Source of the DNA: Camelus ferus
Lineage: Eukaryota
NCBI RefSeq assembly: GCF_009834535.1
Contig: NC_045696.1
Span: 100,132,001 to 100,196,000, forward strand
Length of the DNA: 64,000 nucleotides
Reading direction: 5' to 3'
Within the stretch, counting starts at the first letter, position 1; each line of letters begins with the position of its first letter. The notes under the pieces were generated by a model that worked only from the letters and a program-made list of their open reading frames with translations, was not told the DNA's origin and did not search any database. The translations under genes were made by a program, and so were the position numbers. Shown here in pieces: positions 11,351 to 23,450 of the stretch.

Positions 11351-14300
11351 TTCTCTCCTGACGCTACTTAACTGAGGTTTCTGTTTGGTTCCTTTTTTTG
11401 TCTGTCTGTCTGTCTTTCTTTCTTTCTTTCTTTCTCTCTTTTTTAACATGAAGATGATTAAATTATATAGTCACAATGTGAGTTTGTGTTTCTAAATTCA
11501 AAAATCAGTTGCCCGTACAGACACCGTATCTGTAGCTTTAAAGAGCTGGCTTGATGATATTCCTATACATGTCTACTCAGATTGTATTGTAAATTGCCAT
11601 GGAATGTGTTCCTGGGTGAGGCTCCCCTGAATTAGCCCTACACCAGCCAGGAGCATTCCTAAGAGAGTAAAAGACTTTCATTATAGGGGCTCTAGAAAGA
11701 AACAATTTTATTACAAAGATCTTTGTTTTCACTGATGATTCCTGGACAATGTGCCAGAGAAGCTAGTTCAAAATATAATAACACTTGAGTCAAGTCCATC
11801 CATAAGGAGAAATATGAGAATGAGAAACTTCACCCTAAAACATATTATTGCTGCCATCCTGTTCATATCTAATGCTGCCCAGAAACAGAAATGTTTCCCA
11901 CCATCCAAATACTGTCCTCACATTAATTAGCTGGAAGGAAAGTTTATCATCTTGGTCTGTATTAAAATCCATAAACACTGTGGAAGCCATCAAGTTCTTT
12001 GACTACAAAAATATTGAAGGGAATCAGCATTTAAAACTGTGGACAATTCACCTTACATTGTTTGCTGGCAAAACTTCAAGCCATTACTTTAGTTGCTTGA
12101 AAGAGCCTCTCTCCTACCATCTCATTTCTCTCTACCCCCACCTTCAACCTGCTCTCACTTATTATCTTTGTGTGCTCCTTTGTTAAAATTCTTTGGGTTT
12201 CATTTCCCTTAACCTTTAAACATAGACCTTACTGGACTAAAGAATTGAGGTCAGGAAATAAAAGGTCATATACCAAATTCTAACAATTATAATAATTTCC
12301 CTAATATACAGTGGAAAAAACTGACTCCATGGTAACTAATTTTGGGGTTTAATTACCACAAATATAAGTGATTGATACGCCAATAAAGCTACTAAAATTG
12401 GGCCTCATTAGTAGAGCCCTATGGATTTCACTGTATTGTATAAATATCAGACCAAATACTAGAAGGTAATGAAACATTCTAAGGAAGGTAATCTCAGTGT
12501 AAGGAATCTGCAATCACGGCAGACAGAAATAGCAAAGAGAAAGAAGGGTGTTCAGTCTTAGGAATAAAATATGTGAGGAAAAGTGGAGAACTACTTACAT
12601 GAACTTACAGGATTACTAATTAAAGTAAGAAATATATTCCTCTTTGGAACATAGAATCAAAGATATCCTATGGATATATATTTTGTTTAATAAAAAGAGC
12701 TTTCTGACAGTTTGGCTTACGTAGCAATGAACTCCTTTAAAATGCTATGAGCGTGTGATAATTAGGCTTTCAATAATGCTAAGGTAGCCTACATTGGAAT
12801 AACTCTCCCACAGATAACTATGGAAGAAATATGTAAACAACTATTTGAAGACACTAGAGAGCAGTAAAAATCAAACAGAAACTGTAGGGATTTGACCAGT
12901 TTAAAGAAATGAATGATAATCACTGAGTGAGATCCACGTTTACAGCCTTGCCCCTGTGGGCATTCCCCAGTCCTCAGGGGCAGGGCAGGTAGAATTCAAG
13001 CAAAATACGCTCTCACATTCACTCGCGATGTCAGTGAAGAGATTTCAGGCTGCCAGGTTCGCTGTACATTGAGGGTAATCTCAGAAAGTAGGGTGAAGAA
13101 CATTAATACCTACCTACAAACAGCCCTCAAATCCCTGACTGACGGGAACTATGCACGTGCTAGGGAGGCTCCAATGACGCCAGCAGAAAGTAGCAGGTGA
13201 AAGGACTGAACAGAGATTTCAGTTGCTGTGCACTGCAAGGAAATAGAGGTTGGAATTTGAGTACTGCCAAGGACATACAGCTTTGGTAAAATCTTCATGC
13301 ATGTGATAGACTGGCCTTAACAAAGTATCAACCAAAGTTTCCAGAGGTTAAAGATAATCAGCCTTCAACTGCTTGCCAGAAAATAATGAATCTTCTTTCA
13401 GAGGAAGACAGAATTTAGAATCTCTACAATGTATTATCCACAATATCTCCAAAGCATAATGTTTCACAAGACATGTTTCACTCTTGAATTACTGGGGATC
13501 ATTCATGTGACCATTGTGTATGTTTGCATTCATAAACTCAATGTCTGAATCACCTTCATTAATTTAAAACAAAGCTGATATTGTACAGAAACCACAATAA
13601 AGGTGTTAAAAAATTAAAAATAAAGTTTGGTGGAATTCAACACACAAAAAAGGTAATAAATAGTATATTTAGCTGTAGTTTGGGCGCCACTTTGTTTTAT
13701 GCTTTCAGTACATTATTTCGGTATTTGGGTAATGTCCTGTGTAATTACTACTGAGAAATACAATATGAATTTTTAAAATTTGTTTCACATGCATACTAGC
13801 AAATAGCATACGTACAAAGGAAAATAGAAAGTTCCAGAACTCCACTCCCATAAGCCTTCTGATTTATCCAAACTTCCATAGTGGGGCACTGCCAAATACT
13901 CTTCCAATCTTAATGTAATTTACCTCTGTCCAGTTCTTAGTCTTTAAAAGGTAGGTACATCTAGATTCTCCCAGTTCCTGTCAGTGGATTGTGCTCCTCC
14001 CCATGGACCACAGACCTGAACCACATTAGTCTGAAAACACCATTAGTGTCTAATAACGGAACCTACCAAATGGCATTTTCTCCTAATGTCAGAAAACACT
14101 GGTAACATTGTTCCCGCGCCCCTCTTTCCTGGCGTGCTCCCTCCATCCCCCCAACATCAAATTGGCTCCTCCAATCCTGTGGAAAAGAAAACCGCCTGGG
14201 CCCCGCGCCCGAGTGTTTCCAGCCAGCACCGCCTCGCCAAGGCCAGCTCTCCGAGCCAAGGGCCTGGGGGAGGGACAGATGCAAATTATCAGGGCTCTTA

Positions 14301-14449
14301 CGAGAGAGGTTTCTTCGTTTCCTTTCCTCTCCTGAAATCTCCCCAAAGCCCTGCCTCACAGGCTCTAGAACGTGCCTCTCTGATTAGAAGCAACCGCTGG
14401 CTTGCTCTCTTTCTTCACCTCACCTGAGAGCTGTGACAACTTGCTTTTC

Positions 14450-15310
14450 CTCATCTCCGGTCCTCGGAGTTCTTCACCTGGGAGCCGGCTCCAGAGGCGG
14501 CCCGCGCCTCCCCCTCAGCTCGACCCGCGGCCTGGAGCTCGGCGCGCGGGGGCGGGGCGAGGCGGGGGCCGGCGTCCCCGGGAGGGTCCGAGCCCTCGGG
14601 ACCACGCCCCCGACCCCGCGCGCCCCTCCCCCTCGGGCTCTATTTTGTTTTTAATTTCAAAATCCTCCTCTTCCTTTCCTTTCCTCACCCTCCCCTTCCC
14701 TTTCCTCTCTCTTCCCCTTTCGGCTTCTCCGCGGATAAAATCAGACCCCAGGCCTGGCGTCGTGGGTGCCGAGCTGACGGCAGGCTGGGCGGTGAGTGGG
14801 GCCGGGCGGGGAGGGGTCCCGAGGAGATACCTCGGCCGGCTGGCGAGGGGCGCGCGGCGTCCTGGGCTGGCAGACCCCAGCCCGCCTCGCTCCCCGCGCT
14901 GCATCCTCAGGTGGTTGCCGAAGTCCCCGGGCGCCCAGTGCACGTCTACCCGGGGACGAGGCGGGCCCGGCAGCGAGCGGCCTCCGGGGCTGGGTCGAAG
15001 TCGGGGCCTCGTGGATCTGGAGTCGGCGGCTGAGGCCCCGGGACCCAGGCCGTGTTGGTGAGACGGTTCCGCCGGCGCAGAAGCGCGCTCCGCAGCACTG
15101 GCTGCGCTGCGCCTCTTTCCCGCGTCTCCTGCACGCGGAAGGCGCGTCTCCCGGGGTCGCCCGCCACCCGCGCGTTTCTGCCCCGCAGGCCGGGTCTCTG
15201 GCGGGCGCTCCCTCCGCGCTGCTCTCAGGGACCCGGGCCAGGCCGACTCAGGGCCAGGTAAAAGGGTTTGATATCACTGTACGAGTCTGGCGAGCGGAGG
15301 GGCGGGGGTA
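14450..15310. promoter_or_regulatory. PLSCR4: CpG island and promoter of PLSCR4
   Basis: The only strongly GC- and CpG-rich stretch in an AT-rich window. It has many GGGCGG/CCGCCC GC boxes, and ATTGG/CCAAT boxes lie upstream at about 14161-14175. It sits about 13 kb upstream of the start-codon exon. Confidence 0.85.
14600..14791 (+). other. PLSCR4: Probable non-coding exon 1 (start approximate)
   Basis: Strong donor GCG|GTGAGT at 14791/14792 inside the CpG island. The transcription start cannot be read from sequence. Confidence 0.6.
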
Positions 15311-17204
15311 ACTGGAGAGAGCCCGTCTCTCACTTGAACCTTCAGCAATCACACCTGGGTGTGATTTATTTCGGGGTGCAGTTGCTTTGTTTTTATAAAA
15401 TAAAACGTTTATATTTCAAGACAGAATTTTCTTTCATTTAATTTTTGGTCTTCCCTTACGGTCTACAGTTTAGTTGAGTTCTAAATGTTATGTTGCACAT
15501 ATAAAATGTAGCCACCCAGACTAGTACGGATGAAGATATGATGCACTAAGGCTGGTTTCCCACCTACTTAAAGGGGTATGGCTTCAATATTTTAAATTGG
15601 GTGTTAACTACTTGAGGAGTAGAAAGATAACCTACATCTATCTCGCTATCACGGGCATCATTTCCGTACTCTGACACTGTTGAGTGGTATAGGCCAGAGG
15701 CATCAGACAGGAGAACACGTTAACATTCTGATTAGGAAAGAAAACAGCATTTTCACAATTTTGCTCATGGAGTGATTGTGTAACTTGAATACTTAACAGA
15801 AAACAACTGAAAATCTCACAGAAGCAGTAAGAAAATTTAGTGAAGTGTCAAATTGCGTCTAACCGTAATTTACAGATATTCATAGATGTTATTTATATAA
15901 ATACGACTAGAAAATAGAAAATAAACCATTCGATTTAGCATGAAATAATACAAAATTGAAAAACCTATTTTTAAAAAAGACATAAAACATTAGGGACCTA
16001 TTGAAAATGTATTAAATGTGTGTATGGGAATGTATAGGTAAAAGTATAATAAAACACGTAACATTTTTCTAGACGAAAATTTCTCTGAAAGAACATATAA
16101 ATTAAATAGTTCTATCCGAATTTGTTTTTAAAGCAACTGTTTAGCTCAAGTGGAAAAACACGCTTGCCAGGAAGCTTTCAATTCAAAGAAAAATGTACAT
16201 ATATATGGAGATTTTACTATATAATGAAAGATATTATGAAACTATAGTGATTAAAAGGCCGTATTATAGGGAATAGGGTACTACCAGAATTGAGGAAACT
16301 GAAGAGACATTTAAGAATAAAAGGAAAGCAGACATTTGGTAAGCATACATTTTAAATCAGAGAATGGGGAAGAAATAACATTAAATTGATCTTGTTTGGA
16401 CAATCAGGTATTCATTTGAAAAACCTAATAGTAAAACTTGAACTTTCCCTCACTATTAACATACAAGTGAAATCTAGATGGTTTACTAAGTTAAATCTTA
16501 ATATATGAAACCTGAAAGTAAAAGAACACTTGAATGAACATTTGTGAGCATGGCATGTGGGAAAGCACTTTTGAGACTGATAAAAAAAAAACCTAGACCC
16601 CATTTAGATAGGGACATGATTCTCAATATTTGCATGAAAACAAAACCAAACATACAAATGGAAATTGTTAACAGAAAAAGAGCTAACTATACTAATATGC
16701 CTAGAACTCTCATTAAGAACTTCTACAATCAACAATCCAATTTGAGAAAAAAGTCAATTCAAAGTAAGAAAAATGCAAAGTATAAGTAATATGAAGATTG
16801 TCAGCCACACAAATTATCAAAAAAATGCAATTAAAGTAAGATTGTTTTGCCTGTTTTACTGATATTGAAAGTCTGTTAATACTCAGTATTGTTGGTAATT
16901 GATGAGAGAAATAATACTCTTAACAATCTCTTAGTGGGTATGTATTAGTAAAACATTTTATAGTGATAACTATTAAAATTTTCAAATATTCATTCACTAA
17001 TTGGAGCATAGAATTCATCACGCTCCTTAGTGTGTAAAGATAGTCACAATAAGATTGTAATATAGAAAACTTGGCACAGTTCTATAACCATTGATTGGAA
17101 TTTGATTACATAATTGTACATCCAAAGGTAGAATAATAATAGTCTAAAACATATTTCATTATTATATTTGTTACAGACATCAGGGATCTTTGATGTTACA
17201 CTAC

Positions 17205-17437
17205 AATGTGCTGAAGGCTCAAATGATGGTTAGCATTTTTCAGCACTAAATTATTTTTTAATTAAGGTATGTTCCTTTTTTTAGACATAATGATATTGCA
17301 CACTTGGTAGACTGCAGTATAATGTAAACATAACTCTTACACTCAGAAGCCAAAAAATTTGTGTGAGTTGCTTTGTTGTGATATTGGCTTTACTTTGATG
17401 GTCTGGAACTGAAACTGCAATGTCTCTGAGGTGTGGT
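17205..17437 (+). mobile_element. Tigger1 terminal fragment
   Basis: Resembles the Tigger1 end as recalled and is similar to the reverse complement of 48453-48680. Confidence 0.75.
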
Positions 17438-18452
17438 ATATTATTAGGTATGTTCATATTCCATTACATGGTTCTGTAATGTATGCATGTTTATAAGTAA
17501 CAAGTGATGATGTCATAAGAGGAAAAAGTAAAATAATAAACAGTAAAGCTGCTGAGAGTGTAATTAGTAACATACAGAAGAATCACTTTATGAATAATAG
17601 AAGAAATACATGTTCTTTCACATAGCTTTTCATATTGTTCGCTCCATTTGCTTTCTCTTTCAGGTTCTTTCTTTGAAAATCCCTTTCTTTAGTATTGATT
17701 GCTGTTACCTTTCCTATAGGCACACAGTTGAAAAGTTTTGCCTGAGGGTTTTCACAACCTGTTAACTTTTTTATAAACAGAAAATAACAGTAATTTTCAC
17801 ACTCTATGTATTTCAGCAACATTGTACTAAAACCTCTTGCATCCTTCAGGATGGTGGAAATGCTATCTTTTAAAAAGGAAAATATCTGAAATTGGATTAT
17901 AAAAAATAAAGAATGCATGGCAAAAAATGTAGTAGAAATTAATGACAGATTTTGAGAAAATATTCTTAACAGAAAATAAAATTTTAATACCATTCTTATA
18001 AGCAACAGGAAAAGAAAATTTCTTTAAAAACTAGCAAAGAGAAAAATGGGCACATGCCAGACAGGCATTTCACAGGAGATGAAAATAACTTTTAAGCATA
18101 TAATAAAAACTGGTCAAGATGCGGACAATAAAACTGAAATGTTTTCACCTTTCAGATTGGCAGTGACAAAAATTTTGATTAAACATTGTGTGAGAAATGT
18201 AACACCTTTTTGTCTTATGGGTGAATTGATTCAGATTCTTAGTGTATACTTTGACTGTATACATTAAAATAAAATTGCTCAAAACTAGGATCCAGCAATT
18301 CAACTTTTAAGAATTTAATACACATGTATACAAAGAAGTAATATATAAGCTTATTTCAGCATTGTTTGTAATAGCATACATTTGGGGAACAGTTTAAATT
18401 TTCATCAAGCAGCCAGTTGAATTGGTGCAGCCATTAAAAAGAATAAGGTTAT

Positions 18453-18757
18453 ATTTATACAATGGAATACTACTCAGCCATAAAAACCGACAACATAATG
18501 CCATTTGCAGCAACATGGATGCTCCTGGAGAATGTCATTCTAAGTGAAGTAAGCCAGAAAGAGAAAGAAAAATACCATATGAGATGGCTCATATGTGGAA
18601 TCTAAAAAACAAAAACAAACAAACAAACAAAAACAAAGCGTAAATAAAGGACAGAAATAGACTCACAGACAGAGAATACAGACTATTGTTACCAGGGGGG
18701 CGGAGGGTGGGAAGGGATAGACTGGGATTTCAAAATTGTAGAATAAAAAAAAAAAAA
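18453..18757 (+). mobile_element. Young short L1 insertion nested in old L1 debris in intron 1
   Basis: ORF2-end sequence (TMEYYSAIK...PFAATWM), an uninterrupted A tail and 17-bp TSD AAAAAGAATAAGGTTAT (18436-18452, 18758-18774). Confidence 0.9.
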
Positions 18758-20539
18758 AAAAAGAATAAGGTTATGGGAACTGAAATGTAATCAACATCAG
18801 GACAATTTTAATAAAGAACAAGGTATAGAATGGTATATAGAAGGCTGCCATTTGTGTTAAAAGGCATAAATATATTTTGTGTCTGCTTAGAAAACTTCTT
18901 GGAAGACAAAAACTAGTGTCTGGTTGCCTTTGAGATGGGAGAGGGGGATCTGTGTAGAAGGGGTCCTTTTGTGATACAAATCTATGTACTTTTCCAGATA
19001 ACACATATTTAAAATGACTTTTTATACATGTAAAGCTTCTTATCAAAATGGTTTAATTGTAGGTCACACGACATCCTGTTTTGTTACAGATTTTAATACT
19101 GGAAGACTAGTCAGAAAATGACACAATAAAGCATTATCTGGTAATCTTCCAGAAACCATGATCGGCATGGTAATGTTTTTTTAATTGCATTATATAAAGA
19201 TCATGATATTATTCTTCTGGTATTTTTTGTACTCCAAGTAACAAAAACATGCCCCCTCTGAAAGCTAAAATAGACCTGATATTCTCTATGTTTAATAAAA
19301 GTTATCAACTGTGACTATCAGTTTGCTCCCATTTAATCTCATTCTTTTATTTTAAAATAAAGCCAAATAACCAACTTTCAAGATTCTTCACGTGCTAAAA
19401 AGGGGAATATCCTACCATAGACATTTTGTTCGGCAAGAATAATGGTGTGACTAAACTAAGAAAAATGTTTGTATAAATTGTAAAAACATAATATAGATTA
19501 ACTAGAATTTTCCAATATTTTAATTTTTCATAATGAAAATTAATCAGTTTCTTTCAAGTTTCTTGTAGGATTGATTTCATGCAAACGTAATGGAATCTAT
19601 AAGATATTATATTCAAAGGAAACAAAAATATACCCCGTGATGTGGAGGAATAATTTAAGCTTTATAGGAGAAATTTCCTTAAAGGATGTAGCAGAGGATT
19701 TTACAGAGTGAAAAGCTTCATTTAAACAATATTTTTTGGATGCCTACCATGTGCAGCCACTGCTGTATGTACTGAGAGTACAAGAATAATATATTTTTTT
19801 AAGTTAAACATCTTTCTTTAGGAAGTTTACCTTCTAGTTGGGGGGGATTCCACCAAATTTAATCCTCTTTAAGGCTCTCATTTCAAACCTGTTTACTGCA
19901 CCAGCTGCTGATTTCCTCTCTCCCGACTCTCTGTCTCCCTCCCAGGAGCCTCCCTCCACACTGCTCTGCTGACTTTTCTCCACTCTCTGCACTACGTGGC
20001 ACCACCTCTAGGCCAGAAAGGGGTTTTCTTTTTGCCCCAGTGGCTTATTTGGCCATAATAGGCAGAGACCCCAGTCCTCTCTTTCATAAACATGATCTGC
20101 TTTGGGGCCAGCTTCCCAGAGAGAAAGGTTGGGGAAGTCCATGAAAAGCTTCCTCCTGAGCTCTGTTTATATCATGAGAAATCTAGCTGCAGGTATTTTT
20201 GTGAAATGCATTCCTCACCTACCTCATTACATTTACTAAAATACATAAACTGACTTAGTTTAAACCTTACAGCTAATGTTTCTGTTATCCATGTTAATGT
20301 CACATGTGAATTAGTCTAAAATCCACAAAACTTTTGCTGAGCCAAAACCGATTAATGTAAATGTCTCACCATTACTGTAAAAACATTTCAAACAGACCTA
20401 CCCAATTATTCAGCAAATTCATATTCAAAGAGTAACATATCTGAACTAGTTGTTTCTGTTTTTTTGATTTTACCAAGTCTACGTCAGAATTGCTGTGCCT
20501 TACAGAGACAAGAAAAAGTAGCTCATTAAACTGTATATA

Positions 20540-20753
20540 CAGTGGACCCTTGCACAACACAGGTTTGACCTGTGAGGGTCCCCTTATATGTGGATTTTCT
20601 TCACTAGATAGGAACTGTAGGACTGCATGATCCTCAGTCAGCTGAACCCTTGGATGCGGAGCTGAGGATAAGAGGACTGACTGTAAAGTTATACGTGGAT
20701 TTTAGGCTGCTGGGGGTGAGCATCTTGATTCCTGCATTGTTCAAGGTCAACTG
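20540..20753. mobile_element. Tigger2/MER8-like MITE
   Basis: Terminal inverted repeats CAGTGGACCCTTGCACAA and TTGTTCAAGGTCAACTG, preceded by TA. Confidence 0.8.
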
Positions 20754-23199
20754 TGTTTTTCTATCTTACAGCTCTCCCCTACTTCAAAGGTAAACATTGA
20801 AGAGTTCTGGTGTGGCCAAAAGGATAAAAGGAAAGCCCAGGCAAGGTAGCAACGTGAAATAGCCTTGGGGAGCTGGATCGCCCTGGTAAATGCTGCCAGA
20901 GTTTCTCACTAACTGCATGCAGCCTTGGAGGCGAGCCTTTTAATAACTTGTCTGTGCCTCAGTTTCCACCTCTATTATAGTGTCTTTTACAAAGCTTCTT
21001 ATGAAATTAATATTTGTAAACTGCCTAGGAAGATGTTTAGAAAGTGTCTTTGTTGAATACAATTGAAAGATAGGAGATCATCAATCCTGGGAGCTCTGAT
21101 TTGATACATTAGCCACAAAAATAATAATCAGTTCTTGGACATCCAGCTTTTTTCATCCATCAGTATAAAGCTAAGAAATGTAAAAAGAAAAGGAAGCAAA
21201 AGAACACAATTGTCTAGTAAACTTACTGCAGAAATCTAGTTAGACCCTTAATGTGCAAGATTTGTGTGGGATCAGAGGCCATATTTCTGGATACCACTGT
21301 CAAATCTGATCTGAGCTAGTTTGTTCTTCAGCAGTGATTTCAAATAGGTGACCCTTGAACAACCTGACTATTTTAATATTCAATCCAGAATCCACAGGCA
21401 AGCTAAATAGAAACATAATGCATCTGTTGCTTGTAAACCTGCAATTTTAGGGTCTATTTCCCTAGGCAGCCATTAAATTTCCATTTGTCTTGATCTTGGT
21501 TCCTGTGAAGAAATGAATAAAAGTATCATATATTTTAACTAGCAGTAGGTATTTAAAGTGTCATCCTAAATTAGAAATAAATCCCTGGAAAGAATCAGGG
21601 TTATCTTGAAACAAAAGGACAGCTTTATTGTTCAAAACATTTGCAGACTGGGGATACACAGCCTTTGGGTGTAACAAAGTATGTTTTGGGGGGCGAAGTA
21701 CTTTTAAAAGCAAAAACCTCAGAAGCCACCATTGGGAGACTTGTATGGGAATTGGATGACCCTTGCAGCCTGACCACAAATTTTTGTGATTAACTGGTGT
21801 CAGAGCTTCTCCTTAGGAACATTCTAGGAAAGACAGCAAAATCAGAAGTTCTTATAGTTGTCCCTGGTTTTTCTAAGAACTGAGCCCCAAGTCTGTCATG
21901 GCTGTATGGGTCCATTTTATTTGGGGTCCCTCTTAGCCACACCCAGTCCGTTTTCTATGTTCTTTCTTCAAACAATTTATCTGATTTTTTACTTTTCCTG
22001 AGGGGATTTTATTTTATTTTTACATTTAAACCTCCAATTTTAGGGTCTGTTTCCCTAGGCAGCCATTACATTTCCATTTGCCTTTATCTTCATGTGAAGA
22101 TATGAATAAAAGTTTTATATGTTTTATTTAGCAAAAGGTATTTAAAGGGTCACTTATAAAAAGAATGAACAGTTCTTTCAAATGTAAGTCCTGAGTATCT
22201 ACTATTTTGTAACATTTTTGCATTAGTAATTCTCAGAAATCTGTTACATCACCATATCAGCTAACTTCTTTTTCAGAAAATACATGATTATTTTTAATAT
22301 TTAAGGAATTAAGAATTATATTTGGTGGCATGGTAATACAAGAATACCAATTCCTTGGTATGTGGCAAAATTTAAAGAAAGATAATATTTGATATTGAGA
22401 TGGTCACAGTCAGATATGATTTAGATTTAAACTGAAAAGCCTTGCTAGAAAAAAAATAACTTGACAAAATGTTCCCTAAACTATAAAACCATTCACTTGT
22501 AGAACATGAATCCTTTGTAAATTATTTTCTCATAAGTGAATGGCTAGAAGTATATGCAAATATTTATGTAAATGAAAATTTTATAGCACAGATCATAATA
22601 TCAAAAAGCTGTAAACAACAAAAATGGAATAGTTCAAATAAGTTAAGGTATAGTCTTTGGTACCTTACATTTAAATATATTTATTTATTGTATGTATTTA
22701 TTTAGTTTCACAGTATTTCTGTAATAAGAGACAAAGAGATGATGTCTTTAATGTAATTTTAATTGTCTACTCTTTCTAAAGCCTGTTACTAGATAAATCA
22801 ATTCATCTTAATAATATAACATAATAAATGTCACTATCCTAAATTAGAAGCAAATCCTGTAGACACTTAAGCTGTGCTTACCTCTTTCATTTAGCTACAA
22901 GTAGGAAAAAGCCCTCAGCAATGTCTCTGTTTTCTCCTAGCTTTTTCCAATTTGAAACTCAGTACAAACAATGCTCATAAAATCACATCTGCTAGGACCA
23001 TACTTGCTGATGGTAGGAGATGGAAATTTTTGGTATCAGCTTGGAACCCAGCATTAAGTCTTGCACACTGATGCTCAGTAATACATGTTAAATGGCTAAA
23101 TGGCAGACAGCTTTTTTTTTTTAATATACTACGTTTGAATACGGACGTTTATTCTTGGTCTCCTCACCAGTTCGTTTATTTTACCTAGTGAAATTGTAG

Positions 23200-23450
23200 T
23201 AGTAATGTATATTTGTCGAGGATTTGCTATGTACCGGATGCTGTGTTAAGTGCTATCCAGGGGAAACCGTTTTAGTCTTCACAGTAGTTCTGTGAGGTGG
23301 ATTCAGCTATCATTGTGCCCATGACACACAAGATAACTGAAGAACAGAATGGTCACTCAAGGTAGCTGTAGGATGCCATTTAAGATATCAGGGCTGCCTT
23401 ACACAACTAGTAGAGGTAGACCTGGGAGCTACCTGTCTGCACCACTGTCC
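23200..23450. mobile_element. MIR SINE remnant
   Basis: Degenerate MIR core (CCCAT...AGATAACTGAAG...CAAGGT...ACACAACTAGTA). Confidence 0.6.

Noticed and set aside
14308..14328. ISRE-like GTTTCTTCGTTTCCTTTCC upstream of the promoter
   Set aside because: The spacing does not fit TTTCNNTTTC well and the context is pyrimidine-rich. The interferon link I know of is for PLSCR1.
14402..15311. Long ORFs (219, 171 and 142 aa) in the CpG island
   Set aside because: Low-complexity Pro/Gly/Arg translations open in several frames on both strands, as expected for stop-poor GC-rich DNA. No recognisable domain.
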